64,000 nucleotides of DNA from Chrysomallon squamiferum. Its lineage: Eukaryota > Animalia > Mollusca. This document shows, piece by piece, positions 26,601 through 37,877 of this stretch (positions are counted from its first letter, which is position 1; every line of letters starts with the position of its first letter). The notes under the pieces are model-generated. The model was not told where the DNA came from. It saw nothing but the letters and a program-made list of their open reading frames with translations, and did not search any database. The DNA is taken from the NCBI GenBank assembly GCA_012295275.1, contig CM022673.1:10912001-10976000 (forward strand), in the 5' to 3' direction. Position numbers and translations under genes: made by a program.

Positions 26601-29600
26601 CCATGGCGACAGGGAGTAACCAGCAGATCCAGTTGCTGACCACGTCAAATGGACAGATAGTGGCCACGAATCTGTCCAGCCTTCAGGCTCTGGCTCAACC
26701 TTTAAACCTCGGTCTTCCTGCAGCAAGTATGTTCATAAATAATATGTGAATGAGTGAATGAACATATTAATATATGAAAACGAATGAAAGAATGAATGTT
26801 TATTTAACAAAAACATTATCTTCCTGCAGCAAGTATGTTCATAAGTAATACCTGAATGAGTGAATGAAAATATTAATATATGAAAACGAATGAAAGAATG
26901 ACTATTTATTTAACACAAACATTATTTTTCTGCAGCAAGGATGTTCATAAATAATACATGAATGTATGACTGAGTGAAAAATGGATGAATAAATGAATGA
27001 ATGTTTACTTAACAAAAATATTGTCTTCCAGAGCCATTATCTCTATAAGTAATAGTGAGTGTTTGATTGAATGAAAGAAGGATGAATGAGAAAACAAATG
27101 AATGAAAGAATAAATGTTTACTTAACAAAAAAACCCAGTTTTCTGGCAGTTAGCATGTCTGTAAATAATTCATGAATACATATCTGAACAAAAAAAGGAT
27201 GTATAAATGAATAGTCGAATCAATGCTTATTTAACCAAAACCAGGATAAATAAACTTACATTTGAATGAACAGGAATGTTTGTTTAGACAAAATTTTCAT
27301 ATTTTAACTGTAAACTAAATAAGACCAAAAAATAATTATGTCCTTAACTGGATACAGTCTTCCCAGATGAAGTTACTGTAATTATCATAGTATGATGTTA
27401 TTAGTGTCTTTCCTTACAACTATTGTGAAAATTTTGTGATTTCTTTTCTCTTTTTTTTTTTAATTTAAATATTTATTTTAGTTTTTATTTATTTATTTAT
27501 TTTTTTTTATTATTATTAATTTTTTTGTTAATTTATTTTTTTTTTTGCTTTTTTAATTATTTTGTTTATTTATTTTGTTTTGTTTTTTTTTCTGTCAGGT
27601 TTATCAAATCCTGTTGCTGCTCATTCTGGTCATGGCCAGCACACTTCACTGTCCGGTTCCACCAGCCACATCAGTCACGTCATCCCTAGTCAGCTGGCTG
27701 CAGCGTTGCCGCAACTGCTAACAGCCAGCCACCAGAGCCAGCTGCTTGCGATCAATTCACAGGTAAGGAAACAGGTACGTTGATTTTTCTAATTATTATT
27801 AATTTGCGTGTTTGTTGTGTTTACCTGTAGAATTTTGTAATTCAGTTGACAGGTAGAGTTTTTAATCAACTCAGTTTTGTAATCAATTCACAGGTTTGGT
27901 TTTCTAATCAGGTAACGGTGAGAGTTTAATAATCAATTGACAGGTAGATTTTTGTAATCAACTGACAGGTAGATTTTTGTAATCAATTCACAAGGTTGTT
28001 TTGTAATAAATTTACTGGTAGATTATTGTAATCAGTTCACAGGTTGATTTTTGTAATCAACTGACAGGTAGATTTTTGTAATCAATTCACAGGTAGTTTT
28101 GTAATAAATTTACAGGTAGATTATTGTAATCAGTTCACAGGTAGATTTTTTAATCAGTTTGCAGGTATGTTTTTCATACAGGTGCATTTTTGTATAATTT
28201 TGAAATACTTAATGTCTGAAAGTTCAAATAGCTTAAAGTAATTAATTTACTAGTATATTTTCTTAATTAATTTATAGAGGTATTAATTATGACGATAATT
28301 TATTGTAACTAATTTGCAAATATGATATATCAGATACCTTAATTAAATAAGTAGATTTACATAATTAATTCATAGGAAGGTTAATTTAAACAGATTATTA
28401 GTGCTTGAAGTACATTTGCATTTATGTTTTTATTGTCTGTTTGTATGTTTATACGTTTACAAATTGCTTACTTTTTCATTTATTTATGTTTGCACAGAAT
28501 GCTGCTGCTGTTAGAAGTTTAGGTCTTGATGGAAAACTGGCTCTTGATCCTAAGGTATTTTTTAAATATCTGTCTATAAAAGGAAAATTTTCAGAGTGAA
28601 TTAATCATCCTGAATAGTCACACTTTATTATCAGCATATATTAGTTACAAGTGCTTTAAACAATAAATTGAAAGTTACAAAGTGTATTTAGGCTATGTAT
28701 GTGCAATACCAAAGGTTAACTTGAAAAGGAGTTTTATACAGATGTTATCTGTTTTTAAAGGCAATTAACATTCATTACTGTAGGGATCATGAAATTTTTT
28801 ATTTTAAAATACATTTAAAAATTTAAGTTACTTCACCCAGTTTGACTGTTGTTATTGGCATGTAACGTTAACAGTTATTACTAAACAGATTCTGAAAATA
28901 AATTTGTTCTTTATTTGTTTCTTAAAATATTTTTAAATTTCCGTTATTCTCATCCACTACAACAGTTGTCTGATTTTAACATTGATTACTCTACACATTC
29001 TGAAATTTTTATACTAAAATGTTTTTTAAAAATTTAAGTTTTAAAATGTCATTTACTCTTTTCCACTTTAATTACTGTTAAAGGCATCACATGTTAACAT
29101 TGATTACTACAGAGGTCCTGAAATTATATATTTTTTTAATTTATTCTTAATTTATTCTTAAATCAGGTTTTGAAATTTCAGTTACTCTCCTCTGCTGTTT
29201 CTGCTGCTCATGCAAGTCTTTCTTCATCGTCACACCAGTCATCAACAACGTCAGGTCACACAACAAACCACGTTGTCAACCACGGCCAGTCGGCTGCTGC
29301 GGCGATACTGCAGCAGACGCTGAACTCTGTGGGGGTGACGGGAACCACAGGCGCATTCTGCAACTTCTCAGCAGAACTCACGAACTCCGACGTTAACGTC
29401 TGCACAGGTTGCCACGACAACCAACGGGTTTCCACCCAATGTCAGTCAGTTGCTTCCTAGTAAGTTTTTCCTTGTTTGTTCACCTTCTGTTGTTTTCTTT
29501 GTCTGTTTGTGTATTGTCATGTAGTTGTTTTTAATTTATTATTTTATTTTTTGACTTGTTATTTTGTTTGTTGTTCTTTGACAGAATAAGTTGTTGTTTA

Positions 29601-30129
29601 AAGGCAGATTTTAATAAGTAGCTGTTGTTTCTACAAGTTAAAAATTTTGGTTAGTGAAAACATGTCCATGAAGAAATAAATTTAATTTGGCCACACTTTT
29701 CAATACATTCATTCCTGGCAGAAAAGCAAAGATTTACTGTAATGGTGTGACTATTTTATAACCCTATGTTTATGTGTAAATTATTTATAACATTACAATA
29801 TTTATATATGATGGATCATAACTAAGTTCTTGAAAAAAGTTGAAAACAAGAATACAGAATAGAATTATAAAACAGTTTTTTTGGGGTGGGTTATTTTTTT
29901 TAAATTATTAACTATGCTTTTTACTGTTGTTTATTGTTTAAATGTTGTATTTTTTAATGTGCTTTTTTTGAGAAATTGATAGCATCCTAATACAAACTGC
30001 AGTAATATTCTCTTTAGATTTGATTGTCATTTTGGGATGAATGAAAGCTAGATACTGCTAGAATCTTTGGATATATCATACATGTCATTGATAATTAAGA
30101 ATATTTAAATTATTAAAGAACTGTTTGAC

Positions 30130-30165
<36 letters not shown>

Positions 30166-30205
30166 TGATGTATATATTTATATATATATGTCAGTGTTTA
30201 CAAGG

Positions 30206-30246
<41 letters not shown>

Positions 30247-32915
30247 AGTTTACAAACCTGTGTTTCTGTGTTTGTGCAATGTCCTGTAATCAGAGTTTAC
30301 AAGGCGGTGTTCATGTGTATGTGTGTACATGTGTGTGCATGTTGTGTGTACATGCTGTGTGTACATGCTGTGTGTGTGTTGTGTTTACATGTATATGTGT
30401 TTGTGAGCATCCATGAATGTTTAATATTTAAGCTATCTCTCTGTGTATACAAGGATTTGATTATCTGAAATTTTATGTATAGACAGATATAATACAAATG
30501 TGTATATGTTTACATATGACTGTATGTGTATTTGTAAAAATATCACTTAAAATGTCAATTAAATCTAAATCATCTGCAGTTTGTCTTTCCCTCTGTTGTC
30601 ATTTTTCAGTTGGTGTACACTCAGCACAGCATTGAAATGCTTTATTTATTTGTTTGTTTATTTTGTATTTTCTGTGACCACCCATTAGACCTTTAGTTTT
30701 CATTTTGTTTGCACTAATTATTGTAGACAACAGACCACATGATTCTGTTCCTGTATGTGTGCATGCTAATGTTGCAACACCCATCACTGCAGTACTTACC
30801 AAACCATTGATGACAAATGCAGGACTGCCTCCGAGTATAGCCGATCTCCTTCCTGGTAAGATACGTTCATGAGTACCACAGCAACACTGGTACATATTTC
30901 AGTAAAACAGTTAGCTTAACACTGGTACATATTTCAGTAAAACAGTTAGCTTAAACTGGTACATATTTCAGTAAAACAGTTAGCTTAACACTGGTACATA
31001 TTTCAGTAAAACAGTTGCCTTAATACTGTTACATATTTCAGTAAAACAGTTAGCTTAACACTGGTACATATTTCAGTAAAACAATTGCCTTAATACTGTT
31101 ACATATTTCAGTAAAACAGTTAGCTTAACACTGGTACATATTTCAGTAAAACAGTTGCCTTAATACTGTTACATATTTCAGAAAAACACTTAGTTACCTT
31201 AATACTGGTACATATTTCAGTAAAACAATTGCCTTAATACTGTTACATATTTCAGTAAAACAGTTAGCTTAACACTGGTACATATTTCAGTAAAACAATT
31301 GCCTTAACACTGTTACATATTTCAGTAAAACAGTTAGCTTAACACTGCTACATATTTCAGTAAAACAGTTAGCTTAACACTGGTACATATTTCAGTAAAA
31401 CAATTGCCTTAATACTGTTACATATTTCAGTAAAACAGTTAGCTTAACACTGTTACATATTTCAGTAAAACAGTTAGCTTAACTCTGGTACATATTTCAG
31501 TAAAACAATTGCCTTAATACTATTACATATTTCAGTAAAACAATTGCCTTAATACTGTTACATATTTCAGTAAAACAGTTAGCTTAACTCTGGTACATAT
31601 TTCAGTAAAACAGTTAGCTTAACACTGTTACATATTTCAGTAAAAAAGTTAGCTTAACACTGTTACATATTTCAGTAAAACAGTTAGCTTAATCCTGTTA
31701 CATATTTCAGTAAAACAGTTAGCTTAATACTGGTACATATTTCAGTAAAACAGTTAACTTAACACTAGTACATATTTCAGTAAAACAGTTAGCTTAACAC
31801 TAGTACATATTTCAGTAAAACAGTTAACTTAACACTGTTAAATATTTCAGTAAAACAGTTAACTTAACACTGGTACATATTTCAGTAAAACAGTTAGCTT
31901 AATACTGGTGCATATTTCATAAAACAGTTCCCTTAATACTGTTACATATTTCTGTAAAACATTTAGCTTAACACCGTTACATATTTCAGTATAACAGTTA
32001 GCTTAATACTGTTACATATTTCAGTAAAACAGTTAGCTTAACACTCTTACATATTTCAGTAAAACAGTTAGTTTAACACTGGTACATATTTCAGTAAAAC
32101 AGCTTAATACTGTTACATATTTCAGTAAAACTGTTACCTTAATACTGGTACATATTTCACTAAAACAGTTCCCTTAATACTGGTACATATTTATAAAACA
32201 GTTCCCTTAATACTATTACATATTTCAGTAAAACAGTTACCTTAATCCTGTTACATATTTCAGTAAAACAGTTACCTTAACACTGGTATATCTTTCAGTA
32301 AAACAGTTACCTTAATACTGGTACATATTTCAGTAAAACAGTTACCTTAACACTGGTATATCTTTCAGTAAAACAGTCATCTTAACACTGGTACATATTT
32401 CAGTAAAGCTGGTATCTTAAAACTGGTACATATTTCAGTAAAGCTAATATTTTAACAACTGTTTTACTGAAATATGTAAAACTGGAATCTTAATATTGGT
32501 ACATATTTCAGAAAAATGGAATCTTAATATAGGTATATTATTCAATAAAATGAACATCTTAGACTTAATACTGTATATATTTTAAAGAGAAAAATGTCTT
32601 AATTGTTGTATATATCTCAATGAAACTGATGTGATAATGTTGGTATGTATTTCAGTAAAATAGTTATCTTAACAGAGCTACATTTATCAGTAAAATTGCA
32701 TCATAAGAACACCTGTAATTACTAGGGTACATAACTTTTCTGAAAGAATTTATTTTATAATCCACATGTATCACTACTATATTATGGAAGATAGAGGTAT
32801 ATCAGTATAATAGAAACACAGGCAAACCTTTGAGTGGATTCACTGGTAGATAAGAAACATATTTATTAGTATCAAACCAACTCTAACATTGGTTATCTCC
32901 CTTGTCTAGGTTTTG

Positions 32916-32948
<33 letters not shown>

Positions 32949-33379
32949 GTGGTGGAACTGAAGAGATCATCTTTTTTCCAACTGCCACATTCTTAAGATA
33001 GCTGAATATGAACTAACAAACTATATTCTCTTTTGATAATTTAAATATTGGAGACTTTAATATTAAAAAAACATTTTTTCTATGTAAATTTTAGTTTGGA
33101 TGAGTCTATAAAACAAATTTTATGTATATATTTAGCTAACGTAGATAGTTATCTAATTATTGTTTAGATATAAAACTTTTTATAGTATACTTATTATTTT
33201 TGAGAAATCTTCTTTTTTTTTTTTTTTTTTTTAAATACGAAACACCATCATCATTATTATTGATAATAAACACTGTTATTAATATTAATGATTTTAATAA
33301 TGATTGTCATCATTATCATTAAAAATATGAATAATAAAAGTATTATTATTAACACTATTATTGTTATCATTAACATTAA

Positions 33380-33415
<36 letters not shown>

Positions 33416-36069
33416 GAATGAATGCCATTATTATTTCTACTGTTGTTAATATTGAGTTCTTGTTTGTATTTTTAACGCTTTTCGTTTCATTTTGCTTTGA
33501 AATGTTTTAACTCGCATTTCATTAACACACAACATGTGTAATAATGTATAAAAACATCCAGCTAGTTTCAATCCTGTCCTTTTTAACAACGTACAATAGT
33601 TGTTTTTCCAGACACTGTCGGAAACTCTACAGAAAGCACAACTGTTGATGGAATAAACTTGGATGAGATAAAAGAGTTTGCTCGTCAGTTTAAAATCCGA
33701 CGTCTGTCTCTCGGTCTCACTCAGACACAAGTTGGTCAAGCTCTTAGTGCCACTGAAGGTCCAGCTTACAGTCAGTCGGCCATTTGCAGGTACTGGAGAA
33801 AAAAATAATAACTTGTAGATTTTTGTAGATGGCAGACGTTTTGTCAGAAATTTAACTTTTTGGGTTGTTTTTTTAATGATTTTCAGTTGACTAATTTCCA
33901 CTGTATATTTTATTTTTTTTTTTTTTCCATACAGTTGTTGATATATAAAAAAAATTTATTTTTTATTTTTTTGAATCAAATGTTTTTATAAGTGAAAATA
34001 AATTTTAAAAAATTTGAGGTATTTTAACTCTTTCTTTCTTTTGTCAAAACTCCTGTATAAAAATAACATAAATCTAATAATAATAATAAAAACAGTAATA
34101 AATCATTGAAAAAAACACAAAAACACCCCAAAAATATAAAAATCCCCACAATAATAATAACATTATTTTAATGTTTGTCTGGAATAAGATTTACTATGAC
34201 AGATAAATATTCATTTGTTAACATTTACATAATATACCCAGTCTTCAAAATATAATTATTTCTTTGCAGTAACTAAATAAACTATTCTTAAAATGAAGAT
34301 AGTTACTACAGTTACATGTAATGACTTGGTTGGAGGCATTTAAAATGCTATTAATTTAAATTTTATTATTTACTTTGTTTGAATTTGAAATGATTTGACA
34401 TTATGAAGTCATTTTGACTTTTATTAATTTCAACTTGTTATTTTGTTTAAATTTTTGAAGATATTTTGATGTTACTGATTTCAAACATTATTTCCTTTGT
34501 TTGAAATGAACAGATCTGACATTGTTATTAAGTTCAGCTATTATTAGGTTTAAATTTATTATTTATGTTCATGTTCAAACAAACATTTCACTTTTTGAGG
34601 TCATTTTGGCTATTATTAATAAAAAAACATATTACATATTTTATATTTGAACATAAACAGATTAGATCTGAAATTAAGAAATCACTCTGACTATTATTAA
34701 TATGAAGTTTATTATTTATTTTATATCTGAATACAACTAGATTTGAGAAACTTGACATCACACCAAAGAGTGCACAGAAGATATTTGACTGTTATTAATA
34801 TGAAGTTTATTATTTATTTTATATCTGAATACAAACAGATTTGAGAAACTTGACATCACCCCAAAGAGTGCACAGAAGATAAAGCCTGTGCTGGAGCGAT
34901 GGATGCTGGAAGCTGAGGAACGATACAAGAATGGTGTGCAAAACTTAACAGACTTTATAGGCAGTGAGCCGTCTAAAAAACGCAAACGGAGAACTTCTTT
35001 TACACCACAGGCCCTGGAAGTGTTAAACCAGTACTTTGAAAGAAACACACATCCTTCAGGTGAAGATTAAACATTTACTTTTGTTTTATGTTGGAGACTT
35101 AATAGATTGAAGACTTGTGAATTCTTGAACAAGGTCTTTGAACAGGATACAAACTCTTTTATTTATTTATTTATTAATTTGTTTATATATGTATTTATTT
35201 TATTTTTTTTTTTTTATTTATTAACTTGTTTATTTTTTTTTTTTTTTTTTATTAACTTGTTTGTTTATTTATTTATTTATTAACTTGTTTATTTATTTAT
35301 TTATTTATTAACGTGTTTATTTATTTATTTATTTATTTATTAACTTGTTTATTTATTTATTAACCTGTTTTTTTATTTTTTTATTTTTTTTATTAACTTA
35401 TTTATTTATTTATTAACCTGTTTATTTATTTATTTATTAACTTGTTTATTTATTTATTTTTTTATTAACTTATTTATTTATTTATTAACTTGTTTATTTA
35501 TTTATTAACTTGTTTATTTATTTATTTATTAATTTGTTTATTTATTTATTTTTTAACTTAATTTATTTTATTTTAATTTTTTATTTATTTATTTTTATAT
35601 TAACTTATTTATTTATTTTTTTATTTATTAACTTGTTTATTTATTTTTTTTTTTATTTATTTATTTGTTTATTTATTTATTTGTTTATTTATTTATTTAT
35701 TAACTTGTTTATTTATTTATTTATTTATTAACTTGTTTATTTATTTATTTATTTATTTGTTTGTTTATTTATTTATTTATTTATTTATCAATTTGTTTAT
35801 TTATTTATTTATTTTTAATGTGTTTATTTATTTATTTATCTATTTATTTATTAACTTGTTTATTTATTTGTTTATTTATTTATTTATTAACTTGTTTATT
35901 TATTTATTTAGTTATTTATTTATTAAACTTATTCATTTCAGGGGCAGAGATGACCGAATTAGCAGATAAACTTTCATATGACCGCGAGGTTATCAGAGTT
36001 TGGTTCTGCAACAAAAGACAAGCTTTGAAAAACACAATTAAAAAATTAAAACAGGAAACAGGACCCTGA
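20602..36069 (+). CDS. POU6F2: POU domain class 6 transcription factor (POU6F2/POU6F1/pdm3-like)
   Basis: Exons 20602-20700, 24801-25002, 25856-26008, 26565-26726, 27599-27762, 28498-28554, 29182-29459 (apparent 1-nt frameshift), 30727-30855, 33612-33789, 34839-35059, 35942-36069. S/A/Q/T-rich N-terminus including QIQLLTTSNGQIVATN. POU-specific domain DGINLDEIKEFARQFKIRRLSLGLTQTQVGQALSATEGPAYSQSAICRFEKLDITPKSAQKIKPVLERW and homeodomain KKRKRRTSFTPQALEVLN...YDREVIRVWFCNKRQALK are diagnostic of class VI. An invertebrate gene would be co-orthologous to POU6F1 and POU6F2. The N-terminal exons are less certain than the domain exons. Confidence 0.93.
26714..27290. repeat. 106-bp tandem duplication of a POU6 donor junction
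   Basis: cttcctgcagcaagtatgttcata units at 26714, 26820, 26926, then decayed copies. Confidence 0.88.
27750..28185. repeat. ~25-bp minisatellite derived from a POU6 donor junction (aatcaattcacaggtagatttttgt)
   Basis: More than a dozen degenerate units that begin with the exon end ATCAATTCACAG|GT. Confidence 0.85.
30884..32520. repeat. 34-35-bp minisatellite (~45 copies) in a POU6 intron
   Basis: Consensus acactggtacatatttcagtaaaacagttagctta; variants alternate; one inverted unit at ~32457-32478. Confidence 0.97.
33612..33789 (+). CDS. POU6F2: POU6 exon: POU-specific domain, first part
   Basis: ttccag acceptor; encodes TVDGINLDEIKEFARQFKIRRLSLGLTQTQVGQALSATEGPAYSQSAIC; phase-2 GT donor. Confidence 0.95.
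34839..35059 (+). CDS. POU6F2: POU6 exon: end of POU-specific domain, linker, start of homeodomain
   Basis: FEKLDITPKSAQKIKPVLERWMLEAEERYKNGVQNLTDFIGSEPSKKRKRRTSFTPQALEVLNQYFERNTHPS. Confidence 0.95.
35155..35930. repeat. (TTTA)n / ttattaacttgt low-complexity array filling the homeobox intron
   Basis: Visible by direct inspection; source of the spurious FIYL ORFs. Confidence 0.95.
35942..36069 (+). CDS. POU6F2: POU6 last coding exon: homeodomain helices 2-3 and stop
   Basis: GAEMTELADKLSYDREVIRVWFCNKRQALKNTIKKLKQETGP*; WFCN is the POU homeodomain signature. Confidence 0.95.
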
Positions 36070-37836
36070 TGGGTTTTTTTTATTCAACATCAGTGAGACA
36101 ATGTCCTGTGTACTTAACTTGATCTTAAACTTCAAATCAGAAGAGACCCAGCCAAGATGTGACAGATAGTGAACTGTGTATCTCTCCTGCCACCAGAGGT
36201 TATTATTGTTGATATTTATTATTTTAGTTATATTTTTGTTTCTCAGGGGCTGCCATTTTACGATTGGCTGATTTTTATTTACCAGTGTTGGTTTTGTTGG
36301 ATGGATAGACAGACAGACAGACAGACAGTTGTTGTTAGACGTTTACTGTTGCTGTTGTAACCCTTGGCAACACAGATGGAAGATAGATGTTGGTCCGAAA
36401 TGGTGAAAACTGCTGAAAGATTGGCATAAAGAAATGTTAAGACAAAAAAATAACAGCAGAAGAAAAAAACTACACAGATTACAATACCGTATCAGAAGTT
36501 TAATTTTAACAACAAAAACAAAATTTTTTTTTTTTTTTTTTCCTTTTAAATCAATTTATGAACTGTGAAAGAGAAGAATTTGTGAAATATGAAACAGAAG
36601 AATTTATTTTGCTCCTCTAAAGTACAGAAAAGATTTTAATCTGTTTGTTACTGGAGAGTTATTTTTAGTGCTTTACGAGAAACCACTTTTGTACAGCCAC
36701 ACACGCACGTGTTCGCCACGAACATTCAAACATTTAAAAATGTTTTTCAAAAAAATAACAAAAATAACACAAAACCAAGTCCATTAAGCCAAATCTATAG
36801 CAGCTTAAAAACTGAATGTGGTAAAATTTATTAAAACGTTAGTGCTTCATGTTAAGTATTTTTTTTTTTGGTAAGAATGGATGCTTGTTGTGGAATACAA
36901 TAGATATTGTATCAGTGTGATACAGCTTATAATCAACTGAAGTCTCTGGACAGTGTAAAGATTACTAATGTGTATGCAATATGACATTGTATTATGAATG
37001 GATATTGTGGAAATTGTGTTTTTTTTTTTAAATGGATATCACTGAAACTTAGAATAGATATATTACAAAACAGTCATGAAAGATAATCATACAGACTGTA
37101 TTTTATTGGCAGACATTTTTTTTAGAAAAAAAACCCATTATAATTATGACAAAAACATTAAAAAAATTCATTTAAATTTCATTTTTCTCTACAACCCATT
37201 TCGAATTATTTTGAAGGGAAAGTTTAAAATCTGAAGTATCTTAGGTTTAATAATACTTATTTTTAATAGGTTGAAGCAGCTATTATTGTTGAGTGTTTTT
37301 TTTGGGGGGTTTGGTGGGTTGTTGTTTTTTTTGTTTATTTTAAAAAAGCTTGTTAAAGATTTCATTATTTTATCATAACTTTAGTACACGTGTTAAGTAT
37401 ATACTTTAGTATATAGTAAAGTGTACTTAAATTGATATCATCATACTACCTTCATTTGTTTTAGATAAAACTAACAAATATTATCCACACACACACACAC
37501 ACACATTCAGATGCACAGACACAAAAAAGAAAGAAACTTACACAGATGTGGTACAACTTACAACTGTTTTAGGTGCATTTTACAGTGCTTGTTAATATCT
37601 GTTACATGTTTATAATAAATTATATGTGCCCAGTTCAAAAAAGGTTATCTAAATTAAAAGCTGAATTTTAAAACTATTTTGGCTTACGTATTCAGAAAAT
37701 GCTAAATCAGAAAAAAAGGGGGTAAAAAACCCCTCCATAACTGCTAACAAACAGCAGCAATTTTTTGAATTGAGAAGCTGTCACAGTTATTAACATTAAG
37801 TACCTTTGACAGAAATGGGTCACTCCTTTTACTTAC

Positions 37837-37877
<41 letters not shown>

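Noticed and set aside
29335-29350. 16-nt (or 22-nt) GT..AG micro-intron that would repair the POU6 frame
   Set aside because: Far below the usual metazoan minimum intron size and lacks a polypyrimidine tract
30884-32520. 35-bp repeat array as a CRISPR
   Set aside because: Units are head-to-tail with no unique spacers, there are no cas genes, and the context is a eukaryotic intron
33446-33901. 151-aa minus-strand ORF
   Set aside because: Antisense shadow of the POU-specific exon plus AT-rich intron; no recognisable motifs
35510-35969. FIYL-repeat ORFs (also the CV/HT/RE/Y-run ORFs elsewhere)
   Set aside because: Translations of (TTTA)n, (TG)n, (GA)n and (AAT)n microsatellites
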